Part shown: piece after piece, positions 1 to 8,909 of the stretch
Layout of the letters: every line of letters starts with the position of its first letter
Numbering within the stretch: the stretch's first letter is position 1
Origin: a virus
Lineage: Duplodnaviria > Caudoviricetes
DNA: 32,512 nt
Direction: 5' to 3' (one strand)
Virus record (IMG/VR): IMGVR_UViG_3300012942_000098
Location: 1 to 32,512 of that record
Notes under the pieces: generated by a model
What the model saw: the letters and a program-made list of their open reading frames with translations, nothing else
The model's database searches: none
Told to the model about the DNA's origin: nothing
Position numbers and translations under genes: made by a program

Positions 1-1386
1 GAAGAAATTGAAGAACCCCATCCACATGACGTTGTTGTTGACGACGCACGCGGCGTTCCGGCCGATCAGCCCGCAATTATTGGCGATGGAATTGAAGCCA
101 AACACCAGCGGTGGCTCGATATAGTCCATCGCCCAGAGGCCGAGGTCGGTCCAGATGAGTGCCGTCTGCGGCCCCTGCAAACCCCCGACGATGCGCGAGC
201 CGGTCGGGATGCGGAAGCCACCGGCCTGCGTCGTGGTAGAAACCGTCCAGTTGGTGAAATCGCCCGACGATGACCAGTTGATCTGGAGGGGGTCGAGGAC
301 CGGCGAAAACGACGATCCCCACGATACCAGGATTTGCGACGGCTCGGCGACGAAGATGCCGCCATTGATCAGCGGGGCATTGAGGACGCGCACTGCGTCG
401 GTAAAGCCGCCGTCCTGCGACCAGGAATAGATCGGGCCACCGGCCGGAGCCGCCAGCAGGATTTCGCCCCAGTTGTCCATCGACCAGTTGGTCGCCGTGA
501 TCGGCGATCCCGGCGTCGGCGATGGAGACACGCCGATGCCATAGGCGCCCTCGCCATAGCCGCCAAGACCATATCCCGCTGCCGGGGGGGTCGGGGACGC
601 GCCGATATGATAGGTGATGCTGGCCTTTCCACCATTCATCGACGCGCTGTCAGTCGAGGTCGCGGTGTTGGCAGCAACGATGGTGAAATTGTCGGAATCG
701 ACGACGGCATAGACTAGATAATTGCCAGAAAGCGTGAGTCCGCCGACCGAGGTCGGCGTCGAGATCGGGAAACTGTCGCCGACACTCTGGCCGTGCGCAT
801 CCAATTGAACATTGGCGAACGCCGAATCGGCCGTGGTCGAGAAGACAGGGACGGCCCCGCCATCGGCAACGGTCCCGGTCGCCTCGTCCGTGGCAAGGAT
901 GGTATAGGTCGTGGTCGAAACGACGGTGTTCACCTGATAGGTGCCGGAGAGGACAATGCCCCCCACCGAAACCGGCGTCGAGAGATAAATGCTGTCGAAG
1001 ATCGAAACCGTGATGTCAGCGTCGACGATCGTGACTTCGTTGCTGCTCGCCGTGGTGGAGAAATCGACGGTCGGGTTGGTAACCTCAGTATAGGGCGTAA
1101 TGACGGAATTGACGCCGTTGAAGATGACGTTGAGCGAGTCCGTGCATCCGGCCGCGAGCCGGCGGTCCGCGTTGATCCCTTCCCACGCATGAAGCTGGCG
1201 CACGGGCGAGCCGAGCGAGATTGGATAGAACTTCTGCCAGCCGCCGAGCTTTTCTGGCACCACGCCGACGCCTTCCCCAGCATAGCGCCAGCGGATCAGT
1301 TGCGTCGAGACGACCTGGGCAATACCTTGGGTCGGCGTGACTTCGGCGGTCACGCCCGGCAGTAGCTTCACGGATTGCAGAGGCAT
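1..1386 (-). CDS. Virion tail/DNA-stabilization protein (P22 gp10-like nozzle), partial; runs off the left edge
   Basis: Not in the ORF track because it has no stop in the window. ATG at 1386 directly follows the TAA of the upstream gene. Manual translation is open to base 1: MPLQSVKLLPGV...EKLGGWQK...WSMDNWGEILLA...WSSSGDFTNW...QAGGFRIPTGSRIVGG...LIWTDLGLWAMDYIEPPLVFGF. It is beta-rich and sits downstream of the adaptor genes. Confidence 0.75.
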   Translation of the reverse strand, partial: MPLQSVKLLPGVTAEVTPTQGIAQVVSTQLIRWRYAGEGVGVVPEKLGGWQKFYPISLGSPVRQLHAWEGINADRRLAAGCTDSLNVIFNGVNSVITPYTEVTNPTVDFSTTASSNEVTIVDADITVSIFDSIYLSTPVSVGGIVLSGTYQVNTVVSTTTYTILATDEATGTVADGGAVPVFSTTADSAFANVQLDAHGQSVGDSFPISTPTSVGGLTLSGNYLVYAVVDSDNFTIVAANTATSTDSASMNGGKASITYHIGASPTPPAAGYGLGGYGEGAYGIGVSPSPTPGSPITATNWSMDNWGEILLAAPAGGPIYSWSQDGGFTDAVRVLNAPLINGGIFVAEPSQILVSWGSSFSPVLDPLQINWSSSGDFTNWTVSTTTQAGGFRIPTGSRIVGGLQGPQTALIWTDLGLWAMDYIEPPLVFGFNSIANNCGLIGRNAACVVNNNVMWMGFFNFF

Positions 1387-2091
1387 TTAGCCGCGTTGCG
1401 GTTGAGCCGTCGGATAGACCCGACGCGGCGTCCATGAGGCGCCGGCAAAGAACTTCGTCGCTTCCTCGGTTTCCGCCGAGGCTTTGAGCGCCTGATAATG
1501 CGCCTCCCACGAGAGGCCCATCTGCGGATCGCTCGACATAGTGCCCCAATTGCGCATGTATCCGCTCGCAAAGATCATGCTTGCTGCGAAAAACAGGTCG
1601 GGCAGATAGTCGGTCAGGAAGGTGGTCGGATTGTCGGCGGCAAGCGGCGCCGGCCGCTGGGTGCCGATCACTTCAAGCGTATAGGTATCATCAGGGCTGG
1701 GACCAAGGACGAGGTTCCATTGGTCGATCATGCCGAAGATTTCCGGGACGCCGGTCACGACATTGCCCGGCCAGAGCATATCGACCACTTCCGGCGTCGC
1801 CGGGGTTAAGGACACGCGGACGCCGCTCGTGCCGTCCGATCCGGCCGGTGTGAGGAGATTGATCTGGTTGACCACGTAGAACTCACTGGCGATCGCGGCA
1901 TTGCGCGTCGCGGCGGTGAGAACCGTCGAATAGTCCCGGACATCGGTCGCCAATAGGTTGAGCTCGCGGTAAATCCGCTGCTCGGCATCGGTGATGATGA
2001 AGGGCAGGATAGTGTCGAAGGGCGCGTCCGGACTGATCGAAGCGATCATCGTCTGGAGCGCCGTAGTGTAGGTCGAATAGGTGTAGGCCAC
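1387..2091 (-). CDS. Head-tail adaptor/connector protein
   Basis: 234 aa with FIITDAEQRIYREL, PSPDDTY and TTFLTDYLPDLFFAAS segments typical of phage adaptor proteins; lies in the structural operon. Confidence 0.65.
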   Translation of the reverse strand: MAYTYSTYTTALQTMIASISPDAPFDTILPFIITDAEQRIYRELNLLATDVRDYSTVLTAATRNAAIASEFYVVNQINLLTPAGSDGTSGVRVSLTPATPEVVDMLWPGNVVTGVPEIFGMIDQWNLVLGPSPDDTYTLEVIGTQRPAPLAADNPTTFLTDYLPDLFFAASMIFASGYMRNWGTMSSDPQMGLSWEAHYQALKASAETEEATKFFAGASWTPRRVYPTAQPQRG

Positions 2092-2105
2092 CGCGAATGC
2101 CCTCT

Positions 2106-2468
2106 CTATTCCAACGGTGGCGGCGAATCCGTCTCGAGGATCAGGTTCGCGTCGTCGACCTCGGTCACGATCGGCTGCTGATCCTCGGTCGAAATATCGC
2201 TGCTGTTCGCGAGGTCGTAATTGAACGGCCGGGCATTCATCACCGGCATCGGATCAGGCGGCAGAATGCGCGGCTTCAATTGCGGCTGCGGCACGTCCAG
2301 ACAATTGGGACAGACCAGGAGCCGAAGATTCTGCAGGTTCGGCCCATTATATTGGTATTGCCACTGTAGCTGATCGTGGTTCCAGATTTGATCGCAGCGA
2401 TCGCACGCCGCAAATGCTTGAGGATGCTGCGAATTGACCCTAGCTCTGGAATGGAAACGCCATGCCAT
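2106..2468 (-). CDS. Conserved phage protein with two CxxC motifs (putative Zn-binding)
   Basis: AFAACDRC...LLVCPNCLDVPQPQL; TAATG coupling to the upstream HNH gene. Confidence 0.7.
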   Translation of the reverse strand: MAWRFHSRARVNSQHPQAFAACDRCDQIWNHDQLQWQYQYNGPNLQNLRLLVCPNCLDVPQPQLKPRILPPDPMPVMNARPFNYDLANSSDISTEDQQPIVTEVDDANLILETDSPPPLE

Positions 2469-2983
2469 TATATCACCCGCGAGAATTCGCCGAAGTGTTT
2501 TTCCGCCGCTATTTTGTAAGCCATAGCGGCCTCCTCCATGGTATTGAACAGACCAAGGCTGTGATGGTGATGATCGTAATAAATTCTAGCGTGGTATTTG
2601 CCGCTCTCGTGGAGTCTTACTCCCTTAACGCCAAGATTATTATCACGACGGATGGTCTCATTTGTTTTATTCTGGGATGGAGTAGCAATCCGTAAATTAA
2701 TCAATCGGTTATCGTCACGGACACCGTTTATATGGTCAATCAGACCATCGGGCCATACACCATATACCAAAGCCCAGATAACTCTGTGCTCCTGAATCGA
2801 AATACCATCTATTTTCACGCGGCGGTATCCAGAAGGCATCCTGTCGCCGGCGCGTGACCCTACGGGATGTTGATTGTTGGAGCGAAGCCGCGTAAGCCGA
2901 CCGGACGCGGCGTCATATTCAAAAAGCTGCAAAAGATTTGCGGGATCGATCCCCCGTTCATTTTCATGCCAAACCCGCGTCAT
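2468..2983 (-). CDS. HNH homing endonuclease with C-terminal AP2-like DNA-binding domain
   Basis: EHRVIWALVYG..PDGLIDHINGVRDDNRLINLR is the HNH motif; GVKGV...GKYHARI...LGLFNTMEEAAMAY...HFGEF is AP2-like. Visibly more AT-rich than its flanks. Confidence 0.92.
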   Translation of the reverse strand: MTRVWHENERGIDPANLLQLFEYDAASGRLTRLRSNNQHPVGSRAGDRMPSGYRRVKIDGISIQEHRVIWALVYGVWPDGLIDHINGVRDDNRLINLRIATPSQNKTNETIRRDNNLGVKGVRLHESGKYHARIYYDHHHHSLGLFNTMEEAAMAYKIAAEKHFGEFSRVI

Positions 2984-2989
2984 TGCGTA

Positions 2990-3691
2990 CTACCTCGAAT
3001 AGTAGCCGCTGATCTGCGGCGCGAAGTAGAGGGTCGCATTCGCTTCGACGTTCTGGCTGCGGGCGATATCGAGAGCTTCCTTGGCCTTGGCGTCGAGCGC
3101 CACGGCCCTGTCCGGCGCATAGGAGACGGCTAGGCGGGCCGCGAGGCCCCACGCATAGGCGTCCATCCACCATTCGGGCAAATCGAGCGTCTGCCCGTTG
3201 GCGAGCGCCGAATCCTGGATTTGCGTCACCGCGTAGTAATGCAGCTCGTACGGGCCGTTTCCGTCCGGCACCTGCCAGAGCGTAATGGTCGGGGAGAGCA
3301 GCTTATCGAACCAGAAGACGGTCGGGGGTGCCTGCCAGGTCTTGTTCGGGATCGAGGCATATTCCGTCCGGCTGATCGGCCAGATGATGCGATCGTCTTG
3401 CGGATTGCCCTGCTGATCGAAGGTGCGAATGAAGGCGTCGAGCGTCGTGATCGTGCTCGGGTCCACGTCATAGGTCGCAACGCCCTCAATGAGGGTTTGC
3501 ACAACCTCCGAAACCTTCCAGAGGTTAGGCGTGCTGTTACCCCATGCGGAAAGCATGAGGTTGGAGGCGATCGCCGCGTCCGCCAGATGCTCCTGCACTA
3601 GCTCCGTGCGCCGAATGCCGCAGAGCGAATAGGCGTAAGACATCAGCGCCCCGATGGAGGGGTTGAATGTCGTGGTGCCAGAGGGGGCCAT
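2990..3691 (-). CDS. Tail tubular/head-to-tail adaptor protein
   Basis: 233 aa: MAPSGTTTFN..., ISRTEYASIPNK...PTVFWFDK...ITLWQVPD...LDLPEWWMDAYAWGLAARLA; structural module position. Confidence 0.65.
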   Translation of the reverse strand: MAPSGTTTFNPSIGALMSYAYSLCGIRRTELVQEHLADAAIASNLMLSAWGNSTPNLWKVSEVVQTLIEGVATYDVDPSTITTLDAFIRTFDQQGNPQDDRIIWPISRTEYASIPNKTWQAPPTVFWFDKLLSPTITLWQVPDGNGPYELHYYAVTQIQDSALANGQTLDLPEWWMDAYAWGLAARLAVSYAPDRAVALDAKAKEALDIARSQNVEANATLYFAPQISGYYSR

Positions 3692-3693
3692 GG

Positions 3694-4011
3694 TCAGGTA
3701 TATTCGCCCTGAAGCAGCTTGAAGGTTAGCGTGCCGCCGGCAAGAGACGAGACGTTGACCCGGATAAACTGCGCCGGCGACGAAAGGGAGCCCAGCGTCG
3801 TCGTGGTAATCGCCGATGAAGCAATCCAGACTGGGGTGACATTGGGATCATTGACGTTATCGAGCGTGGTATCGACCGTGATGCTGCCGCTCGCTCCGCT
3901 ATCGAACACAACGAGATAGGAAGCCGAGAATGGCACGATGCGCCAGTCGAGCGCGAAAGGCGTCTGGACGCCTGTCGTATCCGCGGCGTAGGTTTTGGAA
4001 ATGGGCTGCAT
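3694..4011 (-). CDS. Hypothetical virion protein (beta-rich)
   Basis: 105 aa from ATG 4011; Thr/Ser/Val-rich; in the structural operon. Confidence 0.6.
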   Translation of the reverse strand: MQPISKTYAADTTGVQTPFALDWRIVPFSASYLVVFDSGASGSITVDTTLDNVNDPNVTPVWIASSAITTTTLGSLSSPAQFIRVNVSSLAGGTLTFKLLQGEYT

Positions 4012-4015
4012 CAAG

Positions 4016-4126
4016 TCACCTTGTGGAGGACGCGCATTGCGCGCAAGCCGGGCTCGGGCCGGCGAGCGGCCGATGACACTTCTTGCAGAGCTTTGGAGCG
4101 GGCTGCGGAGCGGGAATGACCTGCAT
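4016..4126 (-). CDS. Putative 36-aa zinc-ribbon microprotein
   Basis: Manual translation MQVIPAPQPAPKLCKKCHRPLAGPSPACAQCASSTR*; GAGG upstream of the ATG; two CxxC motifs; fills the gap and ends 4 nt before the next ATG. Confidence 0.5.
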   Translation of the reverse strand: MQVIPAPQPAPKLCKKCHRPLAGPSPACAQCASSTR

Positions 4127-4150
4127 GGCGAGCCTCATGGGAATTGAGAC

Positions 4151-4172
4151 GGGGCGGCCCGAAAGCCGCCCC
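4151..4172 (-). terminator. GC-rich hairpin after the capsid-associated genes (terminator or mRNA stabiliser)
   Basis: GGGGCGGC-TTTCGG-GCCGCCCC on the - strand immediately after stop 4177; the U-tract is weak. Confidence 0.45.
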
Positions 4173-4176
4173 GCGC

Positions 4177-4386
4177 TTAATGATGGAAACTGCGAAGCTC
4201 TTCGGCGAAACGGGCTCGCCGCGCCTCCTTCGGATTGTCGGAATGCGTCGCCTTTTCGAGCTTTTTGGCGGGAATCTTCTCGCCTTCCGGGACATGAAGC
4301 TCCCGGTGGAGAGCCCCTGGATGCTTTATGGCGCCGGCAATAAACTTGTCGACGTGACCACCGCGTGCGTAACGGTCGTCAGTCAT
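4177..4386 (-). CDS. Small basic phage protein (AIKHPGALHRELHVPEGEKIP type)
   Basis: 69 aa from ATG 4386 with GGAGG upstream, overlapping the end of the previous gene; the N-terminal extension in the ORF track is probably not real. Confidence 0.7.
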   Translation of the reverse strand: MTDDRYARGGHVDKFIAGAIKHPGALHRELHVPEGEKIPAKKLEKATHSDNPKEARRARFAEELRSFHH

Positions 4387-4672
4387 CCTCCATATCGTCC
4401 TTGGCATCGGGGTCGTTGACCCGCGCGGCCGAGGACAGGGGGGATTTGTCGGCACCGACGCGACCGCCGGTCTTGCGGCCGGGACGATCGAGGCGATGCT
4501 TGGCCTTGGCGCCGGCCATGCGGACTTCCTTCTTGGCCTTGACGGAACCGCCGCGCTTGCGCTCGTCGGCCTCCTTGACGACATTGGAGCCGGCGCCGGC
4601 ATAGACCTCACGCGGCGCGTCGTCCTTATCGACCACGCCACCACCGGCGCGGCACGCTTTCTTGCCCTTCAT
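4379..4672 (-). CDS. Small basic, low-complexity virion-associated protein with GGxV motifs
   Basis: 97 aa from ATG 4672 with AGGAG SD; contains RAGGGV, RKRGGSV and RKTGGRV. Confidence 0.65.
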   Translation of the reverse strand: MKGKKACRAGGGVVDKDDAPREVYAGAGSNVVKEADERKRGGSVKAKKEVRMAGAKAKHRLDRPGRKTGGRVGADKSPLSSAARVNDPDAKDDMEDD

Positions 4673-4682
4673 GGCGTGTCTC

Positions 4683-5123
4683 CTATTCGTTCTGAACGTA
4701 GAGCAGGGTGACTGTGGTCGTGCCTGCCGTGGTTGCGCCGGTCGGCGTGATCGTGGCGACAACCGCCGTGGTCGAGCCGACATCGAGCATGCTGGCGAGT
4801 TGCGCGCCGGTGAAGGTCGGACGCACGCGCCCGGCCGCCGTCGTATCGACGCCGCTGGCATACTGAGTGCCGGCGGCAGCGCTGCCGACCGTCAGGACGG
4901 CCGAGGTGCCGCTGTCCCATGCGGTCGAGGTATCGGCGATGATATCCACGAGCTGGCTGTTCGCCGGCACGTGGAAGGTGTGCGAGACGGCCGTCGTGCT
5001 GTTCTGGGTGAGCGTTGCCACCTGCGACAGCACGACGAGACCCTGATCGGAATAGCCGGACGAGGAACCGTCCGGCTGATGCGTGTAGGTCGCGACCGGA
5101 CCCGAGAAAGCGGTAATGGACAT
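4683..5123 (-). CDS. Putative capsid decoration/spike protein
   Basis: 146 aa from ATG 5123 (MSITAFSGPV...) with AAAGGGA SD; Thr-rich beta protein directly after the major capsid gene. Confidence 0.6.
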   Translation of the reverse strand: MSITAFSGPVATYTHQPDGSSSGYSDQGLVVLSQVATLTQNSTTAVSHTFHVPANSQLVDIIADTSTAWDSGTSAVLTVGSAAAGTQYASGVDTTAAGRVRPTFTGAQLASMLDVGSTTAVVATITPTGATTAGTTTVTLLYVQNE

Positions 5124-5139
5124 GTTGATCCCTTTCCGC

Positions 5140-6054
5140 TCAGGCGCTCGGGAACGAGCCGTAGATCGCCCTCGGATCGTAGTAGCCGAAACTGTAGCGC
5201 TCGTAGCCTTTGACCAGGAGGTTGTCGGTCGTGAAATCGACCTGCATGTCCATCTCGTAGGCGACGCGCTGGAGATAGAGCAGCCCGCGGATGTTGGTCT
5301 TGAGGAACCAGGCAAAGTTACTGGTCAGGAACTCCGACGCCAGATAACCTTCGCTGAGACCGCCGGCGGCCGACAGGATGGCATTGACATCGTTGTCGGC
5401 AGTGCCGGGCCGCAGTTCCGTCTTGGTGAGGCGGATGGCGACCGGCTCGAGCGCGAACGGCACGATAAGCTGCCGCGCACGGGCGAAGGTCTTGAGTCCG
5501 GCATTGTCGACGAAGGTCGTCGGAATCGAGGTCATCGCATTGAGCAGCGATGCCTCGTTTAGATCGACATCCACCGCCGGACGGTTGGCGAAGGTGCCAC
5601 CGTCGACCGGGTGAGCGGTCGAGCACAGCGCCACGCCGTCGCCCGCGATCGACGGATTGTAGGTCGTCGCGGTGTTGAGCACGTTGGCGCCATAGATTTC
5701 CTTCGTCTGGGCGAAGGACTCCATGAGACCGAGGTTCGACGGCTTGAACTGGGACTTGTAGAGGTTGTCGTCGATGGCCTTGCGCGTGATCGCATAGCCA
5801 AGAGCGATTTCGTTGTGCTCCTGGTTATAGATGTAGCGTTCGCCGGCCTGGTTGTCGAAAGCGGTCTGGCCGCCTTCGGTCTTGAGCTGAGCCAGCCCGA
5901 GGAAGCGCATGGACGCCGTGCGTTCGAGGGCCATATTGGAATCGGCCTTCTCGAAGATTTTGTTCCAGCGCGTCGGAATCTGCTCGTATTTCCCCGTGAC
6001 GCCACGGAGTCCGGGCAGCAGAAGGTCGCGGATTTGGGCGAGATTGACAGCCAT
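5140..6054 (-). CDS. Major capsid protein (Mu gpT-like, HK97 fold)
   Basis: 304 aa: MAVNLAQIRDLLLPGL...EIALGYAITRKAIDDNLY...GDGVALCSTAHP...ERYSFGYYDPRAIYGS; AGGAGG SD. Confidence 0.88.
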   Translation of the reverse strand: MAVNLAQIRDLLLPGLRGVTGKYEQIPTRWNKIFEKADSNMALERTASMRFLGLAQLKTEGGQTAFDNQAGERYIYNQEHNEIALGYAITRKAIDDNLYKSQFKPSNLGLMESFAQTKEIYGANVLNTATTYNPSIAGDGVALCSTAHPVDGGTFANRPAVDVDLNEASLLNAMTSIPTTFVDNAGLKTFARARQLIVPFALEPVAIRLTKTELRPGTADNDVNAILSAAGGLSEGYLASEFLTSNFAWFLKTNIRGLLYLQRVAYEMDMQVDFTTDNLLVKGYERYSFGYYDPRAIYGSFPSA

Positions 6055-6066
6055 TCACGCCTCCTT

Positions 6067-6663
6067 TTACTGACCGGTCAGGACGCGGGTGTCGACGTTG
6101 TTGAAGGCGACAACAATCCAGTTGCCGTTCGACGCCGAGTCCGTGCCATTCGCGCCCGGCGGGTTCGTCACGAGATTGACGATCCGGAACGGAAGCGTGG
6201 TGGTGGAGGGGGAGATGGTCGCCTGATTGGCATACGCGCCGGAATGGCCGGTGAGCGCATTGCCGGTGCCGATGGCGAAGTTGATGTTGTCGCCGATATC
6301 GGTCAGGGCGACCGGCGAGCCAGCGTCGCCCGACTGGCAGACGAACTGCGCATTCGGGTCATTGACGATGTAGGCCTTGGCGGTCGTGTTGGCGAGCGCC
6401 GAGCCCGAACCGGGCCAGTAGGGCGACCAGACGACACGATTGAGCGCCGCGCTGACGTATTCGCAGCCGAGGAAAATGCCGGCGATCTGCGTGGTGCCGG
6501 GGCTCGATTGTGCAATCGAGCCGTCGGATTGGGACGTGACGGGATCGCCCGTATAGATGGCGTCGGCATCGAGGTCGATAAAGCGCTCGACCTGCTCATA
6601 GGTGGGAGCGGAGCCATTGCCCTTGTACGGAGCGAACCCGAACGGAGCGAAGGTATTGGACAT
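6067..6663 (-). CDS. Head decoration/cement-type structural protein
   Basis: 198 aa: MSNTFAPFGFAPY...IYTGDPV...GIFLGCEY...VNDPNAQF; immediately upstream of the capsid gene. Confidence 0.65.
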   Translation of the reverse strand: MSNTFAPFGFAPYKGNGSAPTYEQVERFIDLDADAIYTGDPVTSQSDGSIAQSSPGTTQIAGIFLGCEYVSAALNRVVWSPYWPGSGSALANTTAKAYIVNDPNAQFVCQSGDAGSPVALTDIGDNINFAIGTGNALTGHSGAYANQATISPSTTTLPFRIVNLVTNPPGANGTDSASNGNWIVVAFNNVDTRVLTGQ

Positions 6664-6771
6664 CGCTGTTCCATTCGTTGGGGTTGACCGCGCACCGCCG
6701 CCGGGGCAATCGCTTGTCTGGGTTTGCAGAAAACCGCTGCGCCGGGCAGCGGAAAGACGTGATCCGGTCGG

Positions 6772-7299
6772 CTATTCGACCGGGACTTCGATGGAGCGCT
6801 TGACGGAAACCAGAGGAGTCCCCTTGTTCGAGCGCTCGAACTGTCCGACAGGCGCAGAGCTCATCTGCTGCTCCTTGGCGCGCACCGCATTGATCGCCAG
6901 CAGGCGGTCCTCTTCCCGCGCTTCGTCGGTCAACTGCTGCGGACGGTCCATGAGGACGAGACCATCACGTTCGATGGCCCCGTCGTGCCCCTCCGGCATG
7001 AAATATTTGCGCAGCGCCGGATCATCGACCGGTTCCCAGCCCTGCTCGCGCATCTCGACGAGATGGCTGGAATCGGGCTTGCCATAAACAGCCATGCGCT
7101 TCCATTCGTAAGACGTGCCCGGACGCCTCAGATTCTCAGGGATATCGAACTTGTCCTTGCCCTGGCCGCCCTTGCGCATGCGGGCGCGCGTGCGAACACC
7201 ATCGGCCCTCACCGGCTCGCGGACATTTTCCTCGTCGCGGATAATGCGGGGGCGCCCCGGACCGCGCTTGACGGCCGGGTCTTCAGTTTCGTCGGTCAT
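6772..7299 (-). CDS. Conserved hypothetical phage head-module protein
   Basis: 175 aa: PGTSYEWKR...REQGWEPV...IERDGLVLMDRP; AGGAG SD. Confidence 0.7.
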   Translation of the reverse strand: MTDETEDPAVKRGPGRPRIIRDEENVREPVRADGVRTRARMRKGGQGKDKFDIPENLRRPGTSYEWKRMAVYGKPDSSHLVEMREQGWEPVDDPALRKYFMPEGHDGAIERDGLVLMDRPQQLTDEAREEDRLLAINAVRAKEQQMSSAPVGQFERSNKGTPLVSVKRSIEVPVE

Positions 7300-7308
7300 G
7301 ATTGGCTC

Positions 7309-8298
7309 CTAGTTGACCCGAGCGCGGGCCGCGGCCTGCTGCTCCGGGGTCATGCCCTGGTAATATTCGATGTTGGAGACGCCAGAGATGCGCGCGGCTT
7401 CGACCTCGGAAGGGGAAAGGCGGAACTTGCCTCCGCTATTGGAACGGGAGCCGGTTGCCATGGAAACCGATCCTCGGCTGGGCGGAGCGGCTGGGGCGCT
7501 CGCAGACCTCGGCTGTTGCGGCTGCGACTGATCGGGATCGGTCTTGAGGCCGAGCTTGCGTTCGATGTAATCGAAATACTGCCTCGACCCCTCGCGCAAG
7601 CCTTCATCGGTGACGGCCTCGTAATGGGCAGCCACGACCTTGGCGTTCTTTGCCGGCGTCTGGAACCATTCCTTGTGCGCGTTCGCCCACTCGCGCTGTT
7701 CAGCCGGGAGTTGGTCGATGAAGCCTTGGACCGGATCAGCAGCGACGCGGGGCGCGTCTTTGGCGCGTTCGAGTTCGGATTCCAGCGCGTTACGGCCTTC
7801 CTCAAGCCGCTGCTTCTTGACCGACAGGTCGGCCATTTCCTGCTGAACATCGGCCGCCTTGGTCCAGTCTCCTTCCGACATGGCCTCAGCGTAACGGGCC
7901 TTGGCGTCCTTGGTGGAGATTTCATTCGCCGCCAGCATATTGGCGACGGTCTGAATCCGGCTGTCGGAAAGCTGGGTCTGGACCTGGTTCGCCTTCTGGC
8001 TTTCGGCCTCCAGAGCTTCGCGCGTCTTGGCGAGCTCGGCATTGCGGCGTTCAGTTTCCGCCTCCAGCTCCTCGTTGAGCTTCTTGAGTTCTGCGAGCTG
8101 CTGCTGGAGGGATTCAGACGCCTCGAATGCCGCGTCACTATCCTTGGTCTCGGGCGCCGGCGTGGCCTCGGTCGCATCGACCGGCAGAGTGCTAGCGTCC
8201 GGCGCAGCTCTGGCTGGATCGGTGACGCCAAGACCAGCCACATCAGCGTCCGTGATGGCGAATTCGTCGTCTTCAGGTTTCTTGGTCATCGCGCTCAC
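7309..8298 (-). CDS. Putative capsid scaffolding protein (coiled coil)
   Basis: 329 aa with an acidic N-terminus, a long heptad-rich middle and a C-terminal LSPSEVEAARISGVS...Y helix; lies between portal and capsid; GTGA coupling. Confidence 0.65.
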   Translation of the reverse strand: MSAMTKKPEDDEFAITDADVAGLGVTDPARAAPDASTLPVDATEATPAPETKDSDAAFEASESLQQQLAELKKLNEELEAETERRNAELAKTREALEAESQKANQVQTQLSDSRIQTVANMLAANEISTKDAKARYAEAMSEGDWTKAADVQQEMADLSVKKQRLEEGRNALESELERAKDAPRVAADPVQGFIDQLPAEQREWANAHKEWFQTPAKNAKVVAAHYEAVTDEGLREGSRQYFDYIERKLGLKTDPDQSQPQQPRSASAPAAPPSRGSVSMATGSRSNSGGKFRLSPSEVEAARISGVSNIEYYQGMTPEQQAAARARVN

Positions 8299-8705
8299 CA
8301 GATCATTTCGGGATTGGGCACCACGGCGCGCACATGAACGTCCTGCAACAGACGGCAGTGGACGCCGTTCACGTCGAACGACAGGCCGTCATTGACGCCG
8401 TAGAGCACGCACTCGCCGAACGCGGGGCTGAAATCGCCGAAATCGTTGCGATCATCGCTCTTGAAGGCGATCGGTCCCTTCTTGATGACGAAGCCGGTCT
8501 TGCCCTGCCACTTGTCCTCGTCACGGGTCTTCTGCGTGAGGAGGACGCCACCCTTCGTCTTATCGGGCCGCATCCAGATGCCGACCAACACATGGTTGGT
8601 GGCGACCGTCACCTTGTCGAGGTCGGGGCCGATGCCGCTCATGATCTCGTCGAGGGTGGTCTGGGGTTTATCCGAGCCATAATTCCCGGAATCCAGCAAG
8701 CTCAT
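8295..8705 (-). CDS. Phage co-chaperonin GroES-like protein
   Basis: NHVLVGIWMRPDKTKGGVLL (mobile loop KTxGG) ...GFVIKKGPIAF...GECVLY...DVNGVHCRLLQDVHVRAVV matches the Cpn10 pattern. Confidence 0.8.
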   Translation of the reverse strand: MSLLDSGNYGSDKPQTTLDEIMSGIGPDLDKVTVATNHVLVGIWMRPDKTKGGVLLTQKTRDEDKWQGKTGFVIKKGPIAFKSDDRNDFGDFSPAFGECVLYGVNDGLSFDVNGVHCRLLQDVHVRAVVPNPEMIW

Positions 8706-8909
8706 TCATTGCCTCTTTGGCTGTGGTGAATTCATCTCGCGGCAGATGTTCTCCGCCTCGGCGAGCGCGTCTCTAAGGCCGCTGATATAGCCCGCCTCGC
8801 GCGGGTCGGGGTTGGCGAGGAGCCCGTCAATCCGGGCTTCGATCGTCTCGCCGAGCTTGGCACGGAGCCGAGAAAGCAGGAGGTTGTCAGAACCCGTCGC
8901 CTCAATCAT
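8706..8909 (-). CDS. Hypothetical protein
   Basis: 67 aa, ATGA-coupled upstream and abutting the GroES-like gene; GYISGLRDAL helix. Confidence 0.65.
   Translation of the reverse strand: MIEATGSDNLLLSRLRAKLGETIEARIDGLLANPDPREAGYISGLRDALAEAENICREMNSPQPKRQ

Noticed and set aside
2468-2983. HNH gene as part of a group I intron
   Set aside because: Both flanking genes are complete and there is no non-coding space for a ribozyme core.
6985-8337. Long + strand ORFs (5611-6687, 6985-8337, 9490-10506, 12688-13674, 27003-28331)
   Set aside because: Antisense shadows of well-supported - strand genes, expected in high-GC DNA; no recognisable motifs.
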